Assembly (NCBI GenBank): GCA_051362555.1
Contig: CM120643.1
Span: forward strand, 5,766,001 to 5,830,000
Length of the DNA stretch: 64,000 nucleotides
From: Lingula anatina
Lineage: Eukaryota > Animalia > Brachiopoda
Direction: 5' to 3'
In this document: one piece after another, positions 12,185 to 24,797 of the stretch
How the letters are laid out: each line of letters begins with the position of its first letter
Position numbering within the stretch: the first letter of the stretch is position 1
Notes under the pieces: generated by a model
The model's input: only the letters and a program-made list of their open reading frames with translations
Database searches by the model: none
Told to the model about the DNA's origin: nothing
Translations under genes and position numbers: made by a program

Positions 12185-15100
12185 AGGAAGTCTTTCCGCT
12201 GTAGACGCTTAAATAGGCCTTTCTCTGAAACTTTGCCTATTTGATCCTGAACCCCAAAGCATGTCTCACACAAAACCGTTGAGAAAATAAAGGTCGAGGT
12301 ATAGGTTTTTAAGATCACTTAAAGAAAAAAAAGCGCAGCATTTTTTTTTCGTCTAAACTTCTCGCCATTACTCCCCTATGCATGGAATTCTGGGACTTGC
12401 CTCAATTTGCATATGACTGAATACTACTGTTTACTACGCTCTGGAGAAGACCCGGATGTCACTGCAAACCAAGATGGAGGGTAGTCCGAGTACACGTGAG
12501 TTGAAAGAGAGAAGAATAACTCTACGGGACAATGAAAAAGGAAATAAAACGGGAAATGCAGAAGCAGAGGATGTTATTTTCATTGGCAGGCCGGTGAGGT
12601 AGACAAAGCAGAAGTAGGAAATAAAACTGACAAGCGAGAAACTGACAAAATTCTGCCGGATACGGGTAGGTTATTTCGATCTCTTATCACGTCCGACTCT
12701 TTCATTGAGAACATATTCAGGAAGCGGATTTAGGGCGTCTTCTGGTTCTTCCGGAAGACGGTTAGATTTTCAAGTTTTCATTGGCGGGTATATGTAATAT
12801 TTCTGTCGAAAGGCGGTCAAAAATGGAGGATGGATCAACATTACTCGGAAGACTGTCAGAAAATATTAAATATCTCTGGATCCGCCCCTGTTATCCCTGC
12901 TGTACGCAGAAAAGTTTATTATTCTTTAGAGCAGTCAGTACAAACAAGGACTGAGCTAAATAGTCTTCTATTAAAGACTGGTTTTTGTCGGCTTACTTAA
13001 CGTCGTTATATCCTCAAGTCCAAAAACAAAAAAAAAGAGAAAAAACAACCTTTCACTAATTACCTTATTCGAATTTAATTTAAATTAAAAGATTTAAAGC
13101 GAGCACATTAATTGCAGCATCTGATGGTAGTAAATGTTTATTCTCTGTTTACGTTTTTAAAGTTGACTTCATGGGGATTCTCTGGAGAATGAGGATAATA
13201 CACTGGTATATATATATATTTTTTTTTTATCCAGGTAATATGCATGTGGTAACATCTACCCCTACATCAGGTTCAAGGCCAACATAGAGCCAGGGCCAAA
13301 GTAAGTACCTGACACCCAGAATCCAAACACACAATAGCTGTTTATTTTACCATGTTCAGTACACCTTGCCATCAATATCAATCTAATGCATGTTAGTACT
13401 TGGAACAATGCCATTTTATTATAAAGTTTAACACTGCCATGGCAGCTAGTCCTAGAATTGTGACAAGCACAGGATATCAGTACTTATTGTGGGGAACATT
13501 ATATAATAAATTGGATTTTGAAACAAACAATTTTGATAACCATGCTCTATTCAGTGCTCTTATGTCTGGCGTAGACATTACAGATAGTGGGTGCTATTAA
13601 TTTCACAAAAAAATGCATTGAATTCTTTCCAATAGTCAATGTTTTGTTTTTAGGTATACTAAGCAGCAAAGCAAGCACTCAAAATCATGGATGACAGTAA
13701 GACCTCAAGCTGTTACATAAACAATTAGCACAAATAAAGGTACATTCCAGTCTTACAAACCAGGAATTTGACATGGGAATTACAAGTACACATTTCTAAG
13801 CAGCCATGGTGCAGATGGAACCAAGAGACTCAAGGCACCGTGGTCCTTATATGTATATAAGAATTTTTTTTATCAAAATGATGATTACCTCACATAAACT
13901 TTTCTTTTATAAATCCATCCAGACATACATTATTTCCTTGTATGACATTAACTTTTAAAATGATTGATTTTATGAACAGATTGTGTACAGAGTTGCATTT
14001 TACTTTTGATATGAGAAAGGGATAAATGAAAGCACCTTGTTTTTCTATGCCTTTATTTTTTATGTTCACTGAATGGTTGCACAAATTACAGTAGAATGAA
14101 AAGAATCCTTCTACTCAGTGACTTGCATATTACAGGTCTTATGAATGTTTGGTCAGTAAACTGATACTTGTGGTAATAGTTATTCTGTGATTTTCTTCAA
14201 AGTGAAGTAATCCAGCAAATTCAACGGCAGTCAAAATGTAGGGGACATTACAGTGAGTGGGAGATGGGCCAGTCCCATCTCCACTAATGCTGAGTCATTG
14301 CTTGGTAAATTCTCTAGCAAAAGCATCTTTATATCCAGTGCAAGGCCAGGATTTCCATCACACTTGTCACAATGTATTCAGCACTTTCCTTGGCAACACC
14401 ATCATTTTCTTGGCAACACCATCATGTATGCTCTGATAATGAAAAAAATATATTCACTTTTATATCTGTCATTTCTGTTTTGATATGTACAATAGCTTAC
14501 TTCAAAAATAAAATATTTGAAAATGTATGAACACTAAAACAACCATAAGGACTGGATTTCACACCACCGAATTTTATCGAATAAATTTACTTTGAAAATA
14601 AGAAGGAATATGAATGGTGTTTGTGTATTGTGAGAAACTTAGAATTTATCTTTTCAATAAAGATTTAATGAGTTTTATACCCATTCTGTGAGTTACTGAA
14701 TTCTCCTTTCATGTTCTTGAGTCAATCCTCCTGATCTCACACCTCTTCCATGCCTTGTACTACTGGACCTAGAAGTGCTATGTATCACTGCCAACTCTAC
14801 TAAACCTTCATACAGGGCTTTTTTTTCTAATGAGGCCAACATCACAAGATAGTATGCTGTAAAATAATAATAAAACTAATAATAATAATAATTGGCACTG
14901 ATTTAATTGCATGCTAGTAATAATGTTGTGAACTGTTCAAAATGGGTTTCACTTCAATTAATCATTGTCCTGCACTCAAGCGTATCAATTGTTATCCCTA
15001 AACTATAAGTTTTTTGTATGTGTGGATTATTACATGTGAATATAGGTGAGGGTAGGGTGGGTCCTACACATTACTATCAAAACTAAGGAATATGCCAGAT

Positions 15101-16034
15101 TAACTAAAAGGCCTGTTTTATTTAAAAATAACAGAAAACTCTTTACCTCAGGGAGCTCTTTACCCTCTAGTTCTGGACTGCTCTGACTGCTTGCCTCATC
15201 AACAATAGGCCTACTCTCGATCTGAAAAGTATAAAAGCAGATCGACTAGAAAAGTAAGATAAGATACGTGTGTGCGTAGCACAAAATTCAGGCACTCCTA
15301 TTGACGATTTTGACATCTGCACGATGCTCACCACTACTGCCAGTAAGTATCAAAATCGTCCGGAACGCATTTGTAGTCCGTGCTACGCTGTGCGTGCAAA
15401 TCGCGATGTCAAAATTGCGGCTCAGAAAGCATAGCAAACAACAAAAAAGTAACAGTCGTTCATAAATATCCAACCGAAAAGGGCTGGTTCAGTTGACCCG
15501 AAAAATATCACTGTCTCTAATCATGTCACCGGTATATTTCCTGGTACAAGTTACTCATTCGGTGAATCGGCATTGAGAATTACGGCATCAAGCACTGTTG
15601 ACATAATAGGCTACACTCCGTCGTAAATATTTCCAAGCCATTCGTTGATTTTTGATCTATTTTAACCGACGAGAAGTTAAATGAATTCTTTAAATGTTTA
15701 AGTGCACAAACCTGTTCACGAACAATGAAGGGAGAGAGTTTTAACTAACGTGCATCTGTAAATGACTTACTTCGAACTCCACCGCGCCATATTTGTTTCT
15801 CCTAGTGTACGAGTGCTATTTTAGGCAACGCACTCTGATTGGCTAAAACCTTGCGGTAGTCGTCTTCTCTTTTTTGGGGAGAGGACGTTCTCCAATACAG
15901 ACTCGAATGTGAAATAATTAATTATTTTGATTGCCGTCTACCTCCAAGGCGAATTTTAGTTTAGATCGTGACCTTCATATATAAGAAAAAGTTTGGGATA
16001 TGTTTTATTTTCCCTCATATCGGAAAGACCCCCT
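12185..16034. mobile_element. Kolobok DNA transposon, decayed, 3850 bp
   Basis: TTAA TSD at 12181-12184 and 16035-16038. TIR AGGAAGTCTTTCCG / AGGGGGTCTTTCCG (12/14). Minus-strand LSISGDGTGPSPTHC at about 14255-14295 resembles Kolobok GDGRxDSPGH. An uninterrupted copy of the flank lies at about 16428-16770. Confidence 0.75.
12718..12890. mobile_element. ~170 bp MITE (PIF/Harbinger-like); decayed relatives at about 16141-16310, 16591-16765 and 54940-55102
   Basis: caggaagcggatttag...ctggatccgcccctg inverted ends. The shared core tcttctgg(g/t)tcttccggaagac...aatggaggatggatcaac is present in all four copies. Confidence 0.6.
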
Positions 16035-16038
16035 TTAA

Positions 16039-16770
16039 ACATTATGTTATATTATTTTATGCACTGTCATCATTTTTCAAATATTGAGACTTTCATCATG
16101 TGACTTTGGTCTCTTATGGTCCTGAAACTGTAATCTTATTGAAGGGGTGGATTGAGACCATCTTCTGGGTCTTCCGGAAGACAGTCAGATTATTAAGTTT
16201 ATATTGACTGGTATCTGTTTTTTTTTCTGTTGGAAGACCTTCAAAATGGAGGATGGATCAAAATAGATACTTTGGATTACTGTCAGAAAATATCTCTGGA
16301 TCTGCTCCTGTTATGGATCTGCTCCTGCCTGGGCAGAGGTCTGCACTCTCAGAGTGCTTTTCTAGTTTTGTTTATTTTCCTTAATAACTTTTTTCTCAAA
16401 CGCTTGCATTTGTGATATTTAACCGCCTGAAGCTCTGCACATTTTCTGTATTTCCACATAAGCAGTTGTATGTTATTTATGTTTTCAAACATTATGTAAT
16501 ATTATTTTATGCACTGTCATCATTTTTCAAATATTGAGACTTTCATCATGTGACTTTGGTCTCTCATGGTCCTGATACTGTAATCTTATTGAAGGGATGG
16601 ATTGAGACCATCTTCTGGGTCAGCTTCCGGAAGACGTTCGGATTTTTAAGTTTATATTGACTGATATTTTTTTTTTTTTCTGTTGGAAGATCATCAAAAT
16701 AGAGGATGGATCAACAAAGATACTTTGGAATACTGTCAAAAAATATCTCTGGGTCAGCTCCTGTTATTGA
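16039..16770. repeat. Tandem duplication of a ~450 bp segment
   Basis: 12122-12184 plus 16039-16315 aligns with 16428-16767 (acattatgt.atattattttatgcactgtcatcatttttcaaatattgagac...). Confidence 0.85.
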
Positions 16771-19265
16771 CCATGTTACCTGTTGTGCATGATTAAAATT
16801 CAGTGTTGACTAACAGTGCTATTATAAGCATTATTTATTATTGCATCAAAATTGGCAAAATGACCTATTTTGCATCATTATTTTCTGTTTTTTGTCTGTA
16901 CATTTGACAGCTTTGCTGCCTTGTTTAATTTTGCTAATCTTAAACATTAGCACATTTTAAAATTTCTAGAAAACCACATAGGAATGCCCTTAGGATCAGG
17001 ACACTATAAAGCTAGCTTTTTTTTACTAAACCTTTTCATGTGTTAGCTTTACGGTGTATCGCTGATGTGTGCTATATATGAAATCAAGTTCGATTTGGCA
17101 AAACCTAAATCTAGAACCTAGGGTACATGGAAATAATGCCATCAAAAACTTGAAAAAAATATAAAAAAATAAGAAATATTACAATTACATTGAAGGATGT
17201 TTTATCAACGTCTGCTGGGAACAAAAGTCTAAAACATTTTCTGAAATGTAAATTTATCCTTAACATATTGTTTCAAAAAGGTTGAAAACTGTACAAAATT
17301 GTGCGCAAAATTAAGAAAATTATGAAAACATTTGAATGATGGCTGAAAAGAATTTTTGTTTTTGCTGATTTTGGCCACATTTTGTCATGTTGTAATATGT
17401 GTCAAAAAGATGTTTGGTCTATCTTTGGTTTGACCTTTGCCCTTGCTTTGATATCTGTTTAGAAGTTATTATTATTATTTTTTTTTTTTTGAAAATATGT
17501 GAACATTTATCATTCGTGTTGTGATAAAGCAATGAGAAATATAACAATAAATTGAGTTTGATTTTTATACATTTTTTTTTTTTTTTTTGCTGAGGATAAT
17601 ACTGGTTCTTTATATGTAAAATATGAAGACAACGAAGTTCACTTAATATTGCAATGATTACAAAACACATGACAAGTAACACGAAATGACTAGTTTTATA
17701 TTGGTGGACATATACCATACATGATCTCAAAAATTCATCCAAGTCTCAATTTGGCACTAGAATTGAATGGAAAAAACATTAAAATACATTTAATTGCGAT
17801 TTTTGTTTGTATCAATAAATAGGGCCTACTTCTTAACTTTAAATCTCTATTTTTCAAATATATTCCTGAAGTTGGCATGGAAGTCAACTGAAAATTCTTT
17901 AAGGGATTTCTTAAATATCAACAATCTGTGTACTCACAAGGCTACCCAGGTATGTTGGTTAAAAGTTCTCTCGTCTTAATTGTTTTAGGATCTGGTTGCT
18001 GTCTACGGTTACCGCAATAAACTACTTCGGCAAGACAGACCAAAATATTATTAACATAAAGTAAAAAAATGCATAAATAGTAGCTAAACAAAATTATACC
18101 TAACACTAACAGATAAACTTGACCCACAATACAAAGGACAAAATTTGAACGATCTCCTCTAGGTTCTTACAACAGCGGTAGTAGGGCCTAATTGGTGTAT
18201 CTTGAGAACAATAACCAGGTAAGATGTGATATGTATATGTGGGGATCGGTACTGTACAGTGCCTCCAAATTGCGTAATAAAACCGGAGAACAATGGCCAG
18301 GTAAGCAGCATGACCAGCGCGGCACGACGGTTTATTCACGACGACGGTTTATTCACGGACTGCTACCCCCGCGTGAATAATCCGTCAGAACGGTTTATTC
18401 ACGACGACGGTTTCTTCACGTGACACCGGTACCAGATCGCTACAACAAAGTACTCACCCTTCTGTCATCAAGAATGTCTTTGCATGCATTTAAAAGGATG
18501 CCAAAATCGTGGAATGTCTTACTGCTTCAGATGAAACTTGAATGGTAGCTGATAAATATGTCTTGTCCTTGGTATAAAGCTATTTCATACAAACGTGTAA
18601 AAATGTTCCCGCGCCGAACTAAGCCCGACTAAGTAGGTCAACGAAAACCCGCAGTGAATACTGGGTCACATCTCGGCACATCCGGTCACATGAAGCGCGC
18701 CGCAGTTTTACTCTGCGTCCAAGTTATTATATCTTTTGATTTTTTGTTTAGATATGATATTATTGATTATTGATTGAGAATAAATTATTACAAAAAGGTA
18801 ATTATAAATTCTTTTTTATTTTTATTTTATATATTTTCTTTTTGCTTCAACCTTTGCTGGTTCTCAGCACTGCTACATGTAACACAACGTTCAATTTGAG
18901 CAAATGGAGCATTTAATATCACCTTATATAAAACCTTCGCATTTAGAGTAATTACCATTAAAAGTATAATAAACGTACTTGAAAGAATTCTAAAGTCAAT
19001 TTTTGTCTGCACAGCAACTAGTAGGGCTACCTGTATTTTACTTTTATAGACTGCGCTAGAGACTGCGCTAGTAAGCTCATAGGCCTATTAGATGCGCGTT
19101 AATTTATTTTTCAAAACGTCTAAATTTTTCACTCAATTCCAAGTATATTTTCTCAATGCCTGGTAACAAAGCTTTTGCAAATGGCTTTTTAACAGAATGC
19201 AACTTTGTCGTGTTTCGTGTAAAACATTTGACTGTGCCCTAGTAACATATCGTCCAGCTAATCAT

Positions 19266-19510
19266 GAGGGCCCGCTGGAAGGAGGAGAGGGGTTAGTGAT
19301 CACAAATCACGGCCACAGGAAATAAAATCATCAAATTACATAAATTAATTAAAAACTTTATTCGTATCTCGTTGAAAATGCTAGTCTGGCGAGCTGAAAA
19401 TAACTATCACCGAGTATAATGACTTCGTTCCACTAAGGACGAAGGATAGAAACCCGCATTTCACTATTCAGAGTAATGGGGTGCTTCACATCTCGGGGAA
19501 TGATAAGTAG
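19266..19510. repeat. Degenerate dispersed repeat; related copy at about 57143-57550
   Basis: Shared gaggg..gaggggt..gtgatca and aaggac.aag.ata.aaa.ccgcattt...ggtgcttcaca segments. Confidence 0.45.
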
Positions 19511-20208
19511 GCCTATCTGTTACGGGTAAGGAAAATAACCAACGGGGCCTTCAGTCCTTGTCTTAACTAAAATGAAGATTTAATTAATGTCTAAAATATT
19601 TCAAAACATTAAAGCAACTAAAATTAATGATCTAGAGCAAAAATACGCCGCGAAGGATTTTTCAGCTTTTAAAAGTAGCTGCAAGTTATTTATTGCGTTA
19701 TTTAAGATAAACATACTATACATTTTCTGACGTTAGACATTATAGGCCTACTTGCTTCCAAACAAGAATCTTATTTTTCTACTTTATTGAAAATAAACTT
19801 ATAGGCAAATTTGAGATGATGTTGCAAGCGACAGTAACGAAGGTCTAAAGATGAGTCTGAATCTCGTGTTTTAAATATGATTAGCACAGTTGCTGAGCTA
19901 ACTAATTATGCAGTGATTTTCGTGTGCATCGAAAGACTCACCAAAGGAAGAGCGAGAGAGACAAAATGTTATTATTATTATTATTAATCTACACAAAGTA
20001 CCTCCGACCGTGTTGGGAGTTCGACCCCCTTGAGGAATCGGATGATAACTGTCGTCAATACTGCTTTTATATAACGTAACAAACGCAATCGTCCTTTGCG
20101 CTAAAATCGTTAACAGGAATATTTCTTTAAAAATTATTACAGACACCCTGACATTTTATACATATCTGTGAATATCTAGTAAAACTGCATCTGTGACTCA
20201 GGTAGAGT

Positions 20209-20211
<3 letters not shown>

Positions 20212-20262
<51 letters not shown>

Positions 20263-20290
20263 CGGCTATTCCCCCCTCTCTCTCTCTCCG
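20212..20290. repeat. (CT)n microsatellite
   Basis: Read directly from the sequence. Confidence 0.9.
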
Positions 20291-20682
20291 ACTCCGGTTG
20301 TCTCTGGCTGAATTCACAGTAAGTTGATCCTTGGACCAGAATCAGATAACAGACCTCTTTTATGGCAGTTAACTGTTATGACTGATAAATGAAACTACAT
20401 ATTTTTCATTCGACCGAATAAACAAGCAAACTACAGGGATGCGTGACGTATGATGCATGTAAAAGGGACACGAAGTTAGAAGTGCGTGATAAAGGTTAAC
20501 GTCTTGAAGATTAGGCCTACATAATAATAAAACAAGACTAATATTCGTTGAGATATTCATTGTCTCTAAAAAGTGTTTTTAAAAGTGTCTAATATTTTTA
20601 TGAACTTGTGCTTGACAATCATCTTTGTCTTGTGTCGCGTATGTATCCTTTTAAAATGGTAGCTGTTTGTGCTGTAGTGGTA

Positions 20683-21971
20683 GGGGAGACCGGGGCTAGT
20701 TGGACCCCGGGGTAAGTTGGCCCCCCGTCATTTTCTGAAAAAGTAACTATGAGGTAAAAAAATTGGCCACATACTCTTGTAAAGTGACCGTAGCCTACAA
20801 TGCTAAGGAAGTGTCGGCCGTTAAAAAGTTTTAATTAAGCGGTGAGTCCAAATAAACTATTTTTGCACCTAAAAGTAATTTTGTTTAAGAGATTTAAAAA
20901 TCTAATTTCATAGGCTTTTGATCGAATATAAGATATGTATAGGGCATCAAACTGAAACTCATTGTTTCAAGTTTCACAGAAATGTATCATCGTTGCTCAT
21001 TCTAGCACCATAAATGGCTGCCAGCCCTTAAAATAAATAATGTGCACCCGGGGCTAGTTGGCCCCCTTGTCTCGGGGCAAGTTGGACCCTCATATTACCC
21101 ACAATCCTTTGCGCGCAACGCTGTTTGAAATAAACAAGAAGTTGGTGAAATTGACAAAGCTTGCCGGTGTTTAGCGTCTGATTGATTTTTTTTTTAATTT
21201 GCTCTCTGGTGTCTTTTCGGAAATTTATATTAGGAATGTTCTGTTCATTGTATGTATTAGAAAGCAAATCCATTGGACTTTCCTTAGAAAAACATTTATT
21301 TTGCCTTAATTCATTGTAAGGTGATTTTATTGTACTTATAGTGTTATATGTGGCCCCAAGGGGATTTTCCACCCCTCCCTAGATAGAGACCATTGTTGAA
21401 ACAAACTCAGTGGTTTAAAACTGAATTTGTTACTTAAAACGTAAATTTATTATTCGTTTTCATTCATTAAAAACCTGCTTTATAACATTATTAATTTATT
21501 CTTAATTAAAACAAAACAAATTTTATTGATAGATTTTTTGGTTCTTGCAACACATACCCCCCCCCCCCCCCCCCCACAACGTGACGTACGGAAACTTCAA
21601 TAAATCTGCCTCATTTGAACTATTTATTTATCAAAAGACTCAAAAATCAATTGAATAAATTAAAAATGTATAAAAATGTATTTCAAGGCATTTACATGGG
21701 ATATATACTTCATTTTCGTATAGGGGGGCCAACTTGCCCCGACTCTGGGGCCAACTTGCCCTGTGGCGGGGCAAGTTGGCCCCCTGGACGTCAACTGCGT
21801 TTTTTGTCAAATTGTGAGCCCTCTGGCATTATATTTGAAAAATAATGGCGTTGCATACGTAGCTTAGTTCATGGGGCTTACTTTAAAACCGGTTTTGTGA
21901 CTCTAACCCATTCCTAGTTGGCTCTACAAGGCCAAAAGTGTCTAACTGGGCCAACTAGCCCCGGTCTCCCC
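20683..21971. mobile_element. Non-autonomous Tc1/mariner-pogo type element, 1289 bp
   Basis: Perfect 21 bp TIR GGGGAGACCGGGGCTAGTTGG, TA TSD at 20681-82 and 21972-73, and internal ggggc(a/t)agttggcccc repeats in both orientations. No transposase. Confidence 0.9.
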
Positions 21972-22444
21972 TACTTGATGCGAGCTTTGAGTTTCGAAAA
22001 GGACGTAAGGCAGCTTTTTTCTATCGTTTTTATTTTTAATTATTATTATTTCTATTATATCAATTATCTACGCTTGTACAGATACAAGCAAGGCAAGCAA
22101 GTAGTCTCTGGCAGCATGGACCTAATGAGGTCCATGCTGGCAGTGAATCGCGCGGACTTCTCCTGCTACCACTCAGACATTAACTAGATATTGTAAACAT
22201 ATATCGGCACATGAATCAATAAGACATCAAGCAACTTTCATGGAAAATAAACTGAAATTAAATCTGGAGATTCTTTTGTCTATTATCATTTCGAAATTAC
22301 GTTAAATCTCGGCACGTTCATCATCACCACCATACTTCCGTCGCCGTTCGAAGCGCGAAGTTCAAACAGTGCATATCAAAACCGTAAATAGGAGTTCTTA
22401 CGTAGGAAACATCACACTAGAGAACGGGTTTAATTAAGGCATTC

Positions 22445-22719
22445 TCATGAGCAAATCTGGATGACTCTATCTATAATAAAGCACTTGTTACCTAAAAATA
22501 AAAAATACTTTTCAGAATTATGCAAGAAAAAGTAATGAAAAGAACGAAGGCAGAATAATTTTTAATTAAAAATGGAAACTGAACAACAAATACAGCTTCA
22601 AGCAAACGAAACTGAATAAAGAAAATACACACTCATGATTTTGACTGATGCGTTACAGTGCATGGAAGGACTATGTGAAAACAACATACACCCTCCCCTA
22701 CACATACACTACACACACA

Positions 22720-22780
<61 letters not shown>

Positions 22781-23180
22781 TGGAGCGGTCTCAATTCAGG
22801 TCTTTTATCAAAAAAAAAAGTTTTATTGTACTATAAAATACAAAGTATATAATACCATAGACTGCGTAGCTGTGTGCATGAACCCAAAAATGTGCTATAA
22901 CACGATCAAAAAAAGAAATATATCTTCTTGAAAAAAGAACAGTCACAATAGAACCCCCCCCCCCCCCCCACCCACCACCACCACCAATACGCCCCCTTTC
23001 TATTGATACTATACAAACTCAGCGTGTGTAGGAGTGTGAAAACTATGTGAAAGTAGGTCAAAAGTTCACGGATAGGATATGCCATGTAAGGGTTCTTAGG
23101 GGAGTTAAGTGATCTCCTTTTGAGGTTTTTTTTTATTTTATTTTTTATTCAGCCAATTTTGAGAAGAAATGTTAGTGTCT
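22445..23180 (+). repeat. Dispersed repeat, copy A (partial)
   Basis: tcatgagcaaatctggatgact and aaactcagcgt...caaaagttcacggataggatatgccatgtaagggttct are shared with 27141-27930; the latter is also shared with 58680-58800. Confidence 0.8.
22711..22777. repeat. (CA)n(GA)n compound microsatellite
   Basis: Read directly from the sequence. Confidence 0.95.
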
Positions 23181-24797
23181 TCACGGTAGCCATATAGTTG
23201 TGGGAATTTGTAAAAAAAAAAGCTTTGTGGTCTTAAATGAGACTTCATTTTCACACTTGCAACCGACATAGAAAAATAATGTTTGAAAAGAACGATAAAA
23301 ACACGTTTGTAAGCCCATATACGCGGAAGTAGTCTCATATGCTGGTACAAGGTCCCACGGATAAGGCACTTACAAGTTGATATGCCTCATCTTCCTCTTT
23401 CTGTTTGATGAAGCATTTTACAGGTAAGGAATATACAGTAGTTGTATAATCTTTTCTGTATCAAGCAACTAAAATGTATGAGTTTTAATCGCTCATTTTT
23501 TCACGGAATCGGCTATAGTCGAGGCTGTATATGTGTTGGTCAGTTAGTTAACAGTTTGATACCATGACCACGTTCACAAGTGCACTGATAAAAATCTTTT
23601 AGTTCCAATATAAGGGGAAAGGCAAGGAAGAGCATGACCGCAAACTTCACTGTGTAATCTCGTATAGGCTACCCTTCAATTAACGGTTATATTTAGGGAT
23701 TACAGAGGAAGGGGGGTATAGCTCTAGCCAAGTCTTAAATCCGGAAATAAGAAAAATCGTGTGTGTGAACGAACGCATTTGAAAACGATTACGGGTCATG
23801 ATTGGGACGATGGAAATAAGGTAAAACCGACAATAATAGGCTTCCATTTCATATATTATCATTGCACACGTATAACTTTGCCATCAGACTGATCATTACC
23901 CAACGTTATAACCAAATACCAACAGCATTTAATGTCTAAAGCGGGGAAATGAGTACTTTCACATTCGCTACTAATTTCTTGTTAGTTTACTTTACAAGAG
24001 ATAAAAACATCACGTTATGTATTACTCATACTTGTTCTATTTATACTTACATCATTTGCTTCCGGGGCACGTAGGCCTATAACTGAAGGCACCTATGAAG
24101 CTGGCACCTTGAGATAATAATCGGTATCAGTGCCGCATTGGCCGAGAAATAATTTTGGTAGTGGCGGTGGTGGAGGGGGGGGGGGCAATGTGGTTTTGCT
24201 GACTGATGGACTTTTGATCGTCTGGGAGAAAGGAAAAGATAAACTTTTTATAGAGGCCCTCCTATAATATCACCTCCCCCTGCGTTGTTGATCAACAATC
24301 GCAATGAGAGCATCAGGTGATTTGCCTGACCTCGTCAATAATAATACCAGCACTGCACCCTCATAAATGCCAATAAAATTTGATAAACATAAAGCATGTT
24401 ATTTGTATAATCTGTGGAACTCGTCAAAATGTTGACTCGAGGATAGTTAAGATACTTTTGGTCGTTTGTGAGAAAAGAAAGGCCAACTTTTTAGAGAGGC
24501 CTCTAAAATATTTATATGGCAATTTTACAGTACTGTTAATGTTGTTCTTAATTACGAATTGATATACATCACCAGTGTCTGCATTTCAAATAATTTATTG
24601 ATAATTTCTCATTGTTCATTGCTCTACATATCGTTGTAATATTTATCACTACCGTTCTTTACAGTATATACCTGTAGCCCTGTTTTACACTTATCAGAAT
24701 TGTTATATTGTCATTTTCTAATCATAGCCATTACCATCTTTATGATTTTATTATTTTTACTTTGAAGCCCAGCTGTGAAGTCAATGGTTCATCAACA

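Larger units (their letters stand above)
11918..16367 (+). mobile_element. Helentron/HINE-type element ends, interrupted by the Kolobok insertion
   Basis: 5' subterminal IR acctctgccaagg (11920) pairs 12/13 with cctgggcagaggt (16328-16340). This is followed by hairpin gcactct-c-agagtgc and CTAGT plus a T-tract. Confidence 0.6.
7973..18425. mobile_element. Putative Ginger1-like DNA transposon (non-autonomous) containing nested insertions
   Basis: TGT...ACA termini flanked by CCGG at 7969-7972 and 18426-18429. Imperfect TIR: TGTGGCGTGATAGACCCGTGCCGTGACGAAACCGTTCTG versus reverse complement of the right end TGTCACGTGAAGAAACCGTCGTCGTGAATAAACCGTTCTG. Confidence 0.55.

Noticed and set aside
16980-17915. 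Possible further non-autonomous DNA transposon (also 62068-62500 and 7370-7700)
   Set aside because: TE-like texture, but I could not pair termini or TSDs.
22635-22931. ORFs with THTH/RERE runs (also 1493, 55279, 55315, 50888)
   Set aside because: Translations of microsatellites or minisatellites.
24708-24797. Longer GPCR N-terminus from the ORF track
   Set aside because: TTG start in intron-like T-rich sequence; ATG 24798 gives a signal-peptide-like start.
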